Shown: positions 13,078-27,768, counted from the first letter of the stretch. The stretch: DNA of 64,000 nucleotides from Octopus vulgaris (GCA_951406725.2 OX597815.1:179738001-179802000), one strand, 5' to 3'. The notes: generated by a model from the sequence alone, not told the origin. A program made the numbers and translations.

Positions 13078-13179
13078 CCTCCTTCTTCCCTTCTTTCCTG
13101 AGCGTCCAATAATACTTTATTTGTTCCACGTCCTCGCGTTGCTGTGATTTTTTGTGTTTTCTTGTTTGGATTAACTTTA

Positions 13180-13212
<33 letters not shown>

Positions 13213-13446
13213 ACAGCGAATTGAAACATTAAAGAATTAGAGCCCCAAGGTTTATAAATTCCTGGTGACGAACCCTTTGATATTTCATCGTTGAAGCAAC
13301 CACGAACTAGTACTTGAAAAATAGCCGGAACAAGTTGTGTACATTCTTAATTTATTAATGGGAAAATCATTCAGTTTCGACATTAGGGTTCGAAGCAAGA
13401 ATGTGCACGCGTATCTATATGTACACATGCATGCATATATATGTAA

Positions 13447-13497
<51 letters not shown>

Positions 13498-13519
13498 TGT
13501 ATGTATATATGTATATATT

Positions 13520-13575
<56 letters not shown>

Positions 13576-13879
13576 ATATATGTATTATATATATGTATGT
13601 GTGTGTGTGTGTATTCATTTGTGAAAATGTCATAAAGCAATCTAACAATTGCCATCAGGCTTCTGTTCCCTGTCGGTAACACAGGTTTTGTTTTAGTATA
13701 ATATATATGCGTGTGTGTGTATGTATATATATATATGTATTAATAACAATTTAATAAATAAAACATATATATATATATACATACATGTACATACCTACAT
13801 CTATATGTATATATACATGCATATATGAGTACAGGACACCACAAATAAACGTAGAACACATCTATATCTATCTATATAG

Positions 13880-13924
<45 letters not shown>

Positions 13925-13926
13925 TC

Positions 13927-14330
13927 TTTACTCTTTTACTTGTTTCAGTCATTTGACTGTGGCCATGCTAGAGCACCGCCTTTAGTCGAGCAAATCGACC
14001 CCAGGACTTATTCTTTGTAAGCCTAGTGCTTATTATATCGGTCTCTTTTGCCGAACAGCTAAATTACGGGGACGAAAACACACCAGCATCGGTTGTCAAG
14101 CGATGTTGGGGGGACAAACACAGACATACAAACATACACACACACATATATATATACATATATACGACTGGCTTCTTTCAGTCTCCGTCTACCAAATCTA
14201 CTCACAAGGCTTTAGTCGGCCCGAGGCTATAGCAGAAGACACTTGCCCAAGGTGCCACGCAGTGGGACTGAACCCGGAACCATGTGGTTCGTAAGCAAGC
14301 TACTTACCACACAGCCACTCCTACGCCTAT
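13927..14330 (-). mobile_element. SINE family C
   Basis: Full head, microsatellite and tail as in 11830-12222. Confidence 0.85.
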
Positions 14331-14402
14331 GTATATCTATATATATGTTTATATATATATCCATATATATGTATATGCATATATATATATATATATACAT
14401 AT

Positions 14403-14438
<36 letters not shown>

Positions 14439-14897
14439 GCATATAATCACGTACACACGCAGAACATGCATAAGGTTTGTATAACCTATAAATGAGATGG
14501 TTTAAAGTAATGAAAGTACAATAATCTAACGGTAGAGCTACAGCATGACCGCAGCTCTCGAGCTGTGACTAATAAACGAGTAAAAGATTACATACATACA
14601 TAAATACATACATACATACATACATACATACATACATACATACATACATACATACATACATACATGTATATGTTGTCCTAACGCTCGTTGTGTTATAGAA
14701 GATAAAAGGAAAAAAACAGCAATAGAAAAGTTTGCTGCATATAAATATTTGAGAATACTGTTTACATGTGCAAACCAATGTAACTGTGAGTATCGCCTGT
14801 AATGTTAGTATATTCAGTGAAAGTTTCAACAGTAAATATGATAAACACAACCATTTTCAATATGTGTGTGTGTATAGATATATTGATTGATAGATAA

Positions 14898-14945
<48 letters not shown>

Positions 14946-15294
14946 GTTTTGCTTTTATTTGAATTAAAAAGGTAACTCGGAACAGCAGAACGCTAAGTAT
15001 TCCGATAGTATTCCGATAGTGTGTGTATGTCTATCTATCTATGTATTCATCTATCTATCCATCTGTGTGTCTGTCTGCCTTTCTTTCTGTCTGTCTCTCT
15101 GTCTAGCTACCTATGCGCATACACACACACTCACACATTTGTACGTATATATAAAAATACATCCATACGCATACACACACATACATAAATAAATGGGTAG
15201 CTGCTAACAAATTTTGCTGCAATATAGGGATGTTCTATCCTATATATGCTATTCAGCATTATTATTATGCGTTTGAGAGTAAAATATTTCCATA

Positions 15295-15417
<123 letters not shown>

Positions 15418-15783
15418 ATTTATAGATATATATATACAAACTTTAGCTAAAATGCATTCAAATATGCCTGGGTTAAATTCCTCATAATGGGGCTGAATTT
15501 ATGGCTTTGACATTTGTACTACCCCTTCCTCTATCTATAAATAGAAAAAAATTCTTGTAAGTCTTCATTGAACCAAATAAAAATAATCCCCTCCCCGTTG
15601 ATAAATCTAAATAACAAAGTGAACTCAGTGATAAAATATCTGCAGATGGAGAAGGACCTTATACTACCATGTTCTTATTGATGAAATTAACCTCTCTGTC
15701 TATATATCTACCCTCTTTGTAATGTTGGCAAATGAAATGAGTATAAAAATGTACATTGTCTATTTAATTAAAAACATTCTATA

Positions 15784-15871
15784 TGTGGCTGAAGATTGCT
15801 CTTCATTTTAAAACTGATGTAATACTTACATTGTTTAATAAAATGAAGTAGCATGAAACGATTGTACTACA
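15784..15871 (+). ncRNA. Type-I hammerhead motif with extended stem II
   Basis: UGUGG-CUGAAGA-U-UGCU-CUUCAUUUUA...UAAAAUGAAG-U-AGCA-U-GAA-ACGAUUGU-A-CUACA. Confidence 0.7.
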
Positions 15872-15897
15872 CTACCTTGGATATCCTTGTTGCTCAT

Positions 15898-15951
<54 letters not shown>

Positions 15952-16242
15952 TAAAAGGGAAATCCCGCCTGCTTTAACACGTGGAGTTTTCACCATTTCT
16001 GCTTTCTCTGAGTTATCACAGTTCGACCCTGACTGACCTAGTTTAACCCCAATGGGGTTAAATTCTCTTTGTAGCAAAGAAACCATATGGTTGCATGTGC
16101 TTTTTCACTTTACTTTTGAATGTCCGCATAGATGGCCATTTTTTAACGTCCATGAAACTTTAACTAAGATGAGAAACCAAGTCAGTCTGTAACACAGTGA
16201 ATATCTGAGTGTGTGTATATATGTGTGTGTGTGCGTGCGTAC

Positions 16243-16280
<38 letters not shown>

Positions 16281-16363
16281 ATATGTATATATATATACAT
16301 ACATACATACATACACACACATATGGATGCATACTAACTTACGCGTGTATACCTATATGCAAG

Positions 16364-16512
<149 letters not shown>

Positions 16513-17103
16513 TAATCAATATAAGGGTAGCAAAAAAATTCAAGAAAAATTCAAGAAATATTTTCTGCAACCAGCGGTCAAGTGAGAAAGTAGAAATAGT
16601 CACAGACTATATAATATATTCAACAATAGTATTAAGGAATGACCCTGACAGGCCGTTCAACTCATTGAAAGAGCAGCTAAACTCAAACCGCAAAATAGTA
16701 GTAATTCTGAAACTAAAGGAGAAATAAAAACATTTATAAACATATATACATATATACATATATATACATAGAAATATATACATATATACATATTCATAAA
16801 TTGGTGCATATGTGTGCATATATATATATATAATTCAAATATTGAGAATTTAACTTCCTCGTAAGGGATTTTTTAAAAATCCGGATATCAAATATCTGTA
16901 ATCAAATATATTGAAAAGAAGATGTTCCGCAATATAAATGCATGAACACTCCAATATTGTGTAGAGTTAATAAAGGAAAATAGAGAGGAAATATAATGGA
17001 TACTTGGTTAATTTTATTTTATTTGTATCACGATAAAAAAAAGTAATGAGTATAAGATTCAGAATGCAACGGAAAGAAATCAACAAAAGAAATAAACATA
17101 AAA

Positions 17104-17208
17104 GCATTCTACATATGTTTCAATCTGGTCATTAGTTTTCGATCATCAGCATTCAAGCGATGTTAGATTAAAATAACCTCACATTATGTCCGGATCTCAT
17201 CAGGAAGC
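17104..17208 (-). ncRNA. Type-I hammerhead motif with long stem II insert
   Basis: Minus strand: GCUUC-CUGAUGA-GAUCCGG...CCAGAUU-GAA-ACAUAUGU-A-GAAUGC. Confidence 0.6.
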
Positions 17209-17904
17209 GATATTTACTTTCTGGTGGTAAACAACGGAATAACTAGAATGAGAATCGTGTTTTTAAATATTCAAACGTAAACAATAATTTATTAAGAAGC
17301 TGAGTTCGTGTAGGGTGATATTATCTAATGAAATTTTTCTAAAATACCATAATGTATTTGAAAAATAGACATATAAGTGTTAAGTGACACAAAGTAGTCG
17401 TTTAATTATAATATGGGCTGTTAAGGGTATTGAAGACATTTGAGAGCTGAAATAAAATTTTGAGGGGAAAAAACATAAATGATTTGGAAAATAAAAGTGA
17501 AAGATTTTATATAATATGCTATATAAGATTTTATATAATATGCTATATAATAAGATAACTATTAATTATTTAACATTTGAATCTACTAACGTAATACATT
17601 CCATTATTCAGAGGAAAGTTATTGTTTACATTGGCGATGAATTGAATTTTTCATGCGAAACATATGTAGGATTCTTTCATGTTTATTTCTTTTATTGGGT
17701 GTGTAAAAGGGGTGTGTAAAACATCCAATTCACTGGTACGTTATGTTATCTTATATTTTATTCGTAGTATATTATGTTATAGTATAAATAAATTATGGGA
17801 TTGTCGACTGAATCTCTTTATTTAATTTATTGTTTGTATATATATATGTGTGTGTGTGTGTATACATATATATATATGTATACACACACACACATACACA
17901 CATG

Positions 17905-17938
<34 letters not shown>

Positions 17939-19784
17939 TGTACCGACAACACTGCTTTACGGAAATGTGTCCCCGAAAAGTTTAACCTCGCGTAGAATTC
18001 CGTAAAGCAAGACCTATTTTCCATTGACTTTCCATGTAGTGAGTACAGCGTTAATGGGCAGAGAAACTAATGATAAATACGTTTCATGTTAAGCAATTCT
18101 AAGTAACAGCATAATTTCTCAAAGAGTCAATACTTCCTTAATGTCTGCAAATGCTTATGAATAATGATTAATGCACAAGATCAATATCCCTTGCTTATGA
18201 CCCATTCAAAAATAATTGAGAATAATTGTGAAGACTATGACGTGAGCGATATCTGAAAATAGTCACATGCTTTTATTATCGTCTGTTATCTGAATGAAAT
18301 ACATCTGCTTGTATTATTGTTATTTTTCCTTGTACTTCCAGTCATTTTTTACATTGCCTTCTTTCACGATGTGTTTATTTAAAATTCAAATAAGTTTTTT
18401 TTCTTCCATTTTTTTTTTTTTATTTTCTCTATTTTTTAAAAATATATTTTCTAAGAAATATATTATACTGAAATATTGTCTTATTGTATACTTGATTAAA
18501 AATGAAACAAATTTAGAGAAAATAGTTTTTTTTTTAATAAATTAAAAGTGATTCATTCATAATGGAAACAGTAATTTTCAAACAGGTGGTTTTTCAAAAC
18601 TGGAATATTTTTTTTTTCTTTTTCCATTAATAATTTAATCAAATATTCGATACATATGCTTATTTGTTGATATTAAATAATTTCTATTTCTTTTCATTTC
18701 CGAAGTATTTCACTAGACTATTTAGAGTAGATCTTATCGTGCGAATTGACAGATTGAAAAATTTTGATATTTCACTTTTTCTATTTCATTCTAGAAGGAG
18801 CTGGAAACTTCGAATTAAAAATATGTAAAATATAAAGACTTTAAAAAATTGTCTATTTTTGTATGATGTAAACATTGTTTTTATGTTACTTATTCATGTA
18901 AACAAATATGAGTATTTAAAATGGTTATCTGAATGGTTTACAAGAATTTGTTGTTGTTGTTATTACTATTGCTATTATCATCATCATCGTCATTATTATT
19001 ATGGTTATTGTTGGGAACTGAGTGAAGTCATAGAATAATACAACAATAAAAAAAGCGAGGCAAAATATTGGAAAACGTCTCGTTCTTGCAACCTCTTCTA
19101 AATCTTGTTAAATGACAAACATTATAATAACTGGTACGTTTACTGTTAATGCTTAACCAAGATTATCCTTGACTGTGCAAACCTTTGATTAAAGACGTTC
19201 CTTCCTTGATCATACTCTTTCACTTGAGAATACATACAAGACTACATCATCCAATATGAAGACAGTATAGAGAACCCATTGAATATAACCACTGGCCATA
19301 GTGTAATAGTCGCGAACCTTCGCAACTGACCATTTAAAAATCCCAAGGAAGATACCATATATATTCTATAAACAAACAAAACGAACCCCATATGGACATC
19401 ACTTTTAGAATCAGGCAACGAATTACTGGCGCCTGCTATCCTCAAATAAAGAACATCGCTAAAGCTAGAAGCATTCAGCTGTGCTTGAGTTTATATACCA
19501 AGAACAAACAGACCCATTTAACAAATAAACTGATATCAGTCGCAAGAGCTTAGTAATAATTGAGACTGCTTCGGCTCAACCAAGTGACGATAATTTATTT
19601 GCAATTGTACTATTTAAAAAAACTCATTTGTCAATGAGTTCTGATTTCACTCAGAGTTTCATTTTAAAAGTATATTCTCTTTTATACAGATTTCAGTCAC
19701 TGGACTGCGGCCATGCAGGAGCACCTTTTGAGCCGCCTAACTGGAAAATGTTGTTGTTTATTTTTTTTAACAGCATCAACAATA

Positions 19785-19878
19785 TTTACATTATTTACAT
19801 TTGATGGATATTTGTCCTCATCTTGTAAATAATGTAAATAATGTACATAATTCTTCATCTCTTAAATATAGAAGTGTA
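19785..19878. mobile_element. Inverted plus direct 3' fragments of the hammerhead-SINE family
   Basis: tttacattatttacatttgatggatatttgtcctcatct (antisense) joined to tgtaaataatgtaaataatgtacataattc...tatagaagtgta (sense). Confidence 0.65.
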
Positions 19879-20504
19879 GCATCAGCAGTGTACCTTAAAT
19901 GAAATACCTACGAAGTGGAATCGAAACCGAGTGCTGAATATCAACATCTACGACCAAGGCATTCACTGCGTTACGAATGAAACAAATAAGCCTCTCGAAA
20001 TATGTTTAGAACAGCATTTCTCAACCACGTTTTATCTACGATTCCTGTTTTACACAAATGGTCACTTACGCAGATGGCCATTTGATGTTTTAAAAACACC
20101 TATCACATTTTTGTAATTAAATATTATTAGGAATTGGATTTTTAAAAATGTTAAAATATTTTCTGAATAGTAAATGTATAACTAATTCATTTCTCAAAAG
20201 TTTTTAACTACAAAACCTTATATAGGCCCCAAAGATCAAATGGACCCCTAAAGGTCAAATAGGCATCTATTGAGAATCACTAGTTTAGAGCTTTAGAAGT
20301 GTTATGGCATCATAACTTCACTTTCTTTCAATTTGATATTGTATCAATATGAATATGTATCGAAGTTGGAAACGGAAGCAAAAGATGGACAAAATCTTTT
20401 AAAGTGTTTAATTTAATGCGAAAAGTAAAGTGAAATGTCATCAAAAATCTCCCAAAAAGCTTTTATTTGTTTTCGTTCTGACATTTACTGTTCGGTTTTG
20501 GTAA

Positions 20505-20600
20505 AATAAAGTGTCTTGCTGAAGGACACATCGCGTCGCCAGGAATTGAACTCACGACCTTACAATCGGGAGTCGAATGCCCCTAAGCCACGCACCTTCA
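20505..20600 (-). mobile_element. tRNA-derived SINE head fragment (family D-like)
   Basis: Minus strand: gcgtggcttagggg...gtgagttcaattcctgg...tccttcagcaagacactttattt. Confidence 0.6.
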
Positions 20601-21684
20601 CAATATAAATAAATATTCTCCAACATAAAAAACTAAAATCAAAATAAGAATACCGGCTTAATTGTAAACCTTAATACAATATTGAAACAAATAAAATTAA
20701 AATTCTCAAAAAAAAAAAACTTATTGGAATGATTCTCGTTCAAAGAAATTATTGAAGCACTACCTATCTAAGTTTATTTGTGACTCGAGACTGACAAAGT
20801 TGATAGATCCGAAGTACTACTGGTTCATATCCATCATGGAATGGAACCATGTTCAAAATAACCTTTGATGCGTAGTCTGCTGTCCATCTAACTGCAAATA
20901 GGTTCTTCGTGGATAAATGAGATTATTTGATAACTTCATTCTGAAAATATAATATTGTTCTAATTCTCTCATTGAATTACGTGTGGATATATTTTTCTAT
21001 CGGATACAATTAGACAATAATCATCATATGAAAACCTCCCACTGAAGAATTCTTCAAAAAGGGGATAGTATATTAATTGGCTTGAAATTACATAAGTATA
21101 CACAAATGGTGGGAACTCAGGATCAAACGCCGGATTACCTAATTTGCCGAAACAATACGGTAATTTAAACACGTATTTGTGTTTATATCATGCGTAAGTT
21201 AACTTTGTTGTTTCTTAATCCTTCTCGAGTCGATAAAATAAGTACTTGTCCAAAACTAATTAAATAGAGCTCCGTCTATACAATTTATAACTTTATACCT
21301 GTATCACGAACCAATAATGTCTATCTCGATGGCATTTAGGACTTGAAAGAAAAGAGTAGCTACCAGACAAGCTGACATGGCAAAGTAGTTTTAATGCCTT
21401 GGCAAAGTAATTTCACTGAGATTTTATTAGAAGAGCATAACACTCTCATATCTCTACCGCTATTCTCTTTGTCCTTTGCTCGGATTTTATTTTCCCCCAT
21501 TGCTCATGAAGGATATTAATCGTGTTGATTTATTTGTGTTGAACGGCCTACAAAAGCTATGACAGCGACCCCTGGACACCAACACAATAAAAATTTGTTT
21601 CGGTTTCAGGTGCAAACAGCTTGAACTTGTAGAGTAGAAAGTTTAAATGCATTTATTTAGTTCGCTTCTCTTAAGTTATGGAGT

Positions 21685-22365
21685 TATTTCTTTACTACCC
21701 ACTAGAGGCTAAACATAGAGGGAACAAACAAGGATAGACAAATGGGTTGAGTCAATTACATCGACCCAGTGCGTAACTGGTACTTAATTTATTGACCCCG
21801 AAAGGATGAAAGGTAAAGTCGGCCTCGGCGGAATTTGAACTGAGAACGTAACGGCAGACGAAATACTACTAAGCATTTCACCCGGCGTGCTAAATTTCTG
21901 CCAGCTCGCTGCCTTGTAAGAAATAAATATTCTTTTCTAGTCTAGGCACAATGCCCGAAATTTTGGGGGAGGGGATCAAACGATTAGATCGACCCCAGTA
22001 CGCAACTGGTATTTAATTAATCGACTCTGAAAGGATGAAAGGCAAAGTCGACCACGGCGGAATTTGAACTCAGAACGTAAAGACAGACGAAATACCACAA
22101 GGGGTCGATATAATCGACTTAATCCCTTTGTCTGTCCTTGTTTTCCCCTCTATGTTTAGCCCCTTGTGGGCAGTAAAGAAATAAGAAATATTTAGCGGTA
22201 TTTCGTCTGTCTTTACGTTCTGAGTTCAAATTCCACCGAAGCCGACTTGGCCTTTCATCCTTTCGAAGTCGATAAATTAAAAACCAGTGGCATACTGGGG
22301 TCAATCTAATCGACTGGTCCCCTCCCCAAAAATTTCGGGCGTTGGGCCTAGAGTAGAAAAGAATT
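21685..22365. mobile_element. Cluster of SINE family A copies on both strands
   Basis: Two minus-strand and about two plus-strand units. Confidence 0.85.
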
Positions 22366-24245
22366 GCTGTTGTAAGGCATCATTTTCTTTTTCTTCTGTC
22401 TTCTAGTTACGAATTGTAATTATTCTGTAAACTATAGCGGAACATAAAAAAATTCAATTTTAAATCAATCAAACGAATTAGGTTTTCAATACTTAATGTA
22501 AATAATTTACTTAAGACAAATCTCTGTATAATTTAAAATCCCACTTTGTGACTCTTGTCTTTCTTAAGGGCATAAAACACATAACTGCAGTGAAAGCATT
22601 GCAGTTTAATTTCAAAACACTGAAGAATTCTTCATGTGAAAATATAACGGGTCGTTTTTGACGATTTGGGAAGCTTTGGGGTAAAAGAAAAATGCTAACT
22701 TTCAGGTATTCAAAAGGCTTTACTAACATGAACTGTCTTTAGCTGGGAATGAAACCCGCTCATCACCTCCGTCTGACAGGAAAGTATAGTGGCTATATTA
22801 TGCCGTTCTGACCAGACGGAAGCAATGTTTTTAGCTTGGTAAACGTAGTCTTATGGATTTTATTCTTGTCCCAAAACCAACAACGATACAAACGAAGAGA
22901 AAGAATTCTTTGGAGATTGAAACTGCGTCTTGGCTCGGTTTACCAATCGTTTACTTTTCCATGTGAGTTTCGTACTGTTAAAAATATTGATTTAGAAACA
23001 GTGTCTTTTCCATTCTTTTCCTTTCGTCTGCATGACAAATTGGCACTAATTTAAGAGGGGATAAGATCTTTATTTATCCAATATTGACGTATACTGATTA
23101 GGATGCAGACTTACAATTTGCTTCCTGGAAACTTTATATTATTCTGTCATTAATGGCAGCAATAATCAGTGTCTAAATTCTTTCAAAATCCAGATCAAAA
23201 TACGTCAGATTTTTTTACTTTTGCGGTTGTACTTTGAAATCGCAAATAAGCTTTTAATGGTTCTTCTAACCAAATATAAATTTGTTTTCTACTTTGGTGA
23301 AAATTATGTGCGCAGGTATAGGTGTGTTTGTGTGTATTATGTGAGTATATAATTAGAGTTATTATCAGCATGTGATCAAACAGCTATCATCCACTCTGCA
23401 GTGTCTCCATGGCAAGTATATTCATTTCTGTCGAAACTACTGGAAACATCTAACTAATGTTCAATATGGAGATAGAGAAGCGATTGGGACGTCGGGAGCG
23501 TTCAATGATTAACAAGTGTTTCGTCAGCGTGCTGGTCTAATTTCAAATCTTCCTATGAGTTTTTTTTGGATCCATAAAAAAAAGTAGAATCATGAGATCG
23601 ATTTCAGTTCGATAAATCACTTCCATATAAAGAGGTAAACAAAAGTAGAAAGAAAGAAAGAAAAGAAGGAAGGACGAAAGGAAGGAAGGAAAGTAAAGGG
23701 AGGTGGGAGGTTTTCATATGATGATTAGTTTTTACAGGTGTTGTGAAACTTTTATCTTTTACTTGCAGCCATGCTGGAGCACCGCCTTCAAGACTTTTGG
23801 TCGAACAAATCAACCTCGGTATTTGCTATCTTTTAAGCCTGGTACTTACTCTACGAGTACTTACCCAACTTGTAGTTGGCATGTTGTGTATTGTGGTTGT
23901 TAAAGCATTTCTCCGAGATTCATCGATTGACAACATTTAATCCAAGAGAAAGAAGAAAACAAGGGCGCAGTAGATAGATTGTCGTGAAACTATTTTGGAG
24001 AAATATTAAGAGAAACATGATTTACAGAGAAATATAATTTGTAATTTAAGTCAGGCCCGTTTAGTCACGAAATTAAGCCTGACCAAATAGGCTACGATTC
24101 AAAGGATTCCAGTAATGACCATACTGTCCTTTTTTTTTTCTTTTCAGACAGTGTTTCTAGGACTATACACTGAGTAACGTGTCTTTCCCTGTTTAAAGAC
24201 AATAGAGTATGATATGTAGAAGATTTGGCAATGGTAAAAGGAACA

Positions 24246-24280
<35 letters not shown>

Positions 24281-24741
24281 GTTTACAATCCATTTTTATG
24301 GTATGTCGTTCTTAACATTCAACCGAAAGAAGCTTGAAACGTGTCCATGTTTAATGCTGTGACATTTCATATCAATGGGCAAGATTCTTGGCACCATAAC
24401 ATAAATATAAGTTTCTAAGAGCTTAAACAAAGCTCACAAAGCAAACCGGAAGCTGTTTGTTTGCGTACGTTATCGCTCTTCCGCTCTAACTTCAAGCAAT
24501 AAGTGCGTCATCTAAGATGGCGAGGCGGCAGAATGCATAGTAGCATTTCGCCTGTCTTTGTGTTATCCTATCGGGGTCTCTCTTGCTGAAATGTGTACTG
24601 GGATGTAAACACAGCATCACTGATTGTCAAATGGTCCTACACTGATGGTGAGGGACACACACAGACAAACACACACACGAACGCATACACGCGCACACTT
24701 ACAAAAACACTCGTGTGCATATGCGCATATATGTATATATA

Positions 24742-24791
<50 letters not shown>

Positions 24792-24795
<4 letters not shown>

Positions 24796-24920
24796 CGCAG
24801 GAGTGGCTATGTAGTAAGAAGCTTGCCTCCCAACCACATGGTTCTGGGTTCTACTATAGCTTCGAGCCAACCAAAGCCTTGTGAGTGGATTTGGTAGACG
24901 GAAACTGAAAGAAGCCTGTC

Positions 24921-24967
<47 letters not shown>

Positions 24968-25145
24968 ATTTATTTATTGTGTGTGTGTATGTGTGTATGT
25001 GTTTTTGTCCCCTCACCATCGCTTGACAGTTGGTGTGTTTATGTTCTCATCATCTAGCGATTCGGCAAAAGAAAACGATAAAATAAGTACTAAAGATGAT
25101 GCTCCAGCATGGCCGCAGTCAAATGACTGAAACAAATAAAAGAAT
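24792..25145 (+). mobile_element. SINE family C (internally deleted)
   Basis: Head, (TA)n and tail present. Confidence 0.8.
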
Positions 25146-25499
25146 AAAAGAATACATACACATATATAGATAGATGGAGAGAGAGAGATAGAGGGGGAGA
25201 GGTTGACAACCAGTGTTGGTGTATTTGCGTCCCCATAACTTACCAACCGATAGAATAAGCATCAAGCTTAGAATAAAATACTAAGTACTAGGATCGATTC
25301 GTTCCACTAAAAGTTTTCAAGGCGGTGCCCCAGTACGGCCGCAATCCAATGATAAAGATTTTAAAAAATCGACAAAGCATGAACGTTAGATTTCAAAACA
25401 TCAGCATCTTTACCAGAATTTATTCCTATACGTAATGATTGTTCCCATCATTAAAGATGCAGTTTGATTAATTGAAGGTTCTTACGTTACCACATCATA

Positions 25500-26398
25500 T
25501 GCGGTGTAATAAAAAAAATGTATCCGGCCTTTGGTAAAAAAAAAAAGTAATATTTAGAAAAAAAAACTCACCATTTTGATTTAGTCTCCTTCAAAATATT
25601 CACCTTGGGAATCTACACACATCTGCCAGCATTCCTACCACTGCTGGAAACATTTCTGGAAATCACATTTTGGGATGTTGTGGATTTATCGAATTTTGCT
25701 TAATGTCCTCTGTTGACTCAAATCTTCTCCCTTTGAGTGGGTTTTTTTTTTTTTTGTTTGAGCTTTGGGAATAGCCAAGCCACACGGAGCCAAGTCTGGG
25801 CAGTAGGAAGCCTGACGAACAAATGGTGTGTTTTTCTTGACGAAGAATGCTTGGACGACGTGGGCGGAATTAAAGTGTGCGTTGCCATAGGGGAGTTGCC
25901 AGTTCTTTGCTGTCCTCAGGTCTGGTCTTTTTCGCTGCAGAGCTTCACGAAGGCGACGAAGAACCCCTATGTAGCATTCTTTGTTAATTGTCTGGCCACA
26001 ATGTGGCTCACTGTCCACTGATGTGTGGCCATCTTTGAACCAGTTGTACCACTCCTTTATTTGTGTTTTCCCCATAGCATCATCTCCAAAGGCCTTCTGA
26101 ATCTTTTCAATAGTCTGGGCTTGCATATCACCAAGTTTTTGATAGAATTTGATAGAGTATCTTTGCTCTATGTGTTCGGTCATCTTGACACAAAAAGAAA
26201 AATCGCACAGCACACTCTTCACGTCTGTACTCAATGCGTCACTGCAGGCGAATGGCACAACCTACAGGCACAAAGATTTTGAGGCATGCTCAGGAAGGAC
26301 GCAGTCACCTGATACCCATGTGGATTTTGCTCACGCATAATTATTTTGTGCAAAAAAAAAAAAGACTGAAGGTTGGATACTTTTTTGACTACACCTCG
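25500..26398 (-). mobile_element. mariner-like element, internally deleted, with both TIRs
   Basis: TA-flanked TIRs cgaggtgtagtcaaaaaagtatcc / tgcggtgtaataaaaaaaatgtatcc. ORF MTEHIEQRYSIKF...FKDG...[deletion]GQTINKE...YCPDLAPC. Confidence 0.9.
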
Positions 26399-26549
26399 TA
26401 TATAGAAGCGACGTCTGTGTATAACGTCATTTCCAATCTCAAACGATGTCCTCTATAACATATTTTATGTAATGTTCTAACGACACGAATTCCAAGAGTT
26501 TGAATACCAAGTAAACACTCATTATTTCATCAGACCGATGCGTTAAATA

Positions 26550-27000
26550 TAGGTTTCAAAGTCTGGCGCAAAGCCAGAAATTTCGTGGGAAGGGGCAAGT
26601 CGATTTCATGGATCCCAGTGCTCAACTGGTACTTATTTTATCGACCCCAAAAGGATAAAATGTAAAGTCGACCTCGACGGAATTTGAGTTCAGAAACTAA
26701 AGACCAATGAAATGCCGCTAAGCATTTTACCTAGCGTGCCAATGACTCCGCCAGCTCGTAGCCTTGCAGTCATGCTAATATTGGTTTCAAATTTTGCCAC
26801 AGGGCCAGTAATTCCTGGGGAGGGAATAGACCAATTACACTGACCCCAGTCCTCAAATGGTTACTTATTTTATCGACCCTGAAAAGATGAAAAGCAAAGT
26901 CGACGCCAGCGGAATTTGAACTCGGAACATAAAGGCGGACGAAATGACGCTAAGCACTTTGCCTGGCGTGCTAAAGAGTCTGTCAGCTCGCTGCCTTGTG
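26550..27000 (-). mobile_element. Two diverged SINE family A copies
   Basis: Shared body and B-box; older tail variant. Confidence 0.75.
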
Positions 27001-27272
27001 GATGATTAACGTTAAGAAGTAGATCATTATTAGCCAGCAAGATACGAAAACTTAAAAGGCATATAACAATCTCCTTGATATTTAATCAAACTGTTATCGG
27101 CCTGCAGGCGAATGCACAAACAGTACTGGAGCTGAAACATCAAAGAACTTTACAGAATTAGTTTGTCTGCATGAGAAAGTTTTAAGCACAAGAAAAGTAT
27201 ACAGAAAAGCATCAGAAATGGACTGCAAAGAATACATTTCTTCCTATTTCCAAATACTTAATGTGTACAGAA

Positions 27273-27670
27273 TATAGGCGTAGGAGTGGCTGTGTAGTAA
27301 GTATCTTGCTTACCAACCACATGGTTCCGGGTTCAGTTCCACTGCGTGGCACCTTGGGCAAGTGTCTTCTACTATAGCCTCGGGCCGACCAAAGCCTTGT
27401 GAGTGGATTTGGTAGACGGAAACTGAAAGAAGCCCGTTGTATATATGTGTATGTATATATATATGTGTGTGTGTGTGTGCATATGTTTGTGAGTCTGTGT
27501 TTGTTCCCCCAACATCGCTTGACAACCGATGCTGGTGTGTTTACGTCCCCGTAACTTAGCGGTTCGGCAAAAGGGACCGATAGAATAAGTACTAGGCTTA
27601 TAGAGAATAAGTCCTGGGGTCGATTTGCTCGGCTAAAGGCGGTGCTCATGAAACAAGTAAAAGAGTAAAA
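27273..27670 (+). mobile_element. SINE family C
   Basis: Full structure present. Confidence 0.85.
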
Positions 27671-27728
27671 GAGATACGACCTAAACTTCATATTTGTGTG
27701 TGTGTGTGTGTGTACATATGTATGTATG

Positions 27729-27768
<40 letters not shown>

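Noticed and set aside
16028-16098. Hairpins plus gaaaccatatggtt palindrome
   Set aside because: No CUGANGA at the correct position and no stem I pairing.
20764-20940. Possible minus-strand exon after a tattttcag acceptor
   Set aside because: All three frames hit stops before a good donor.
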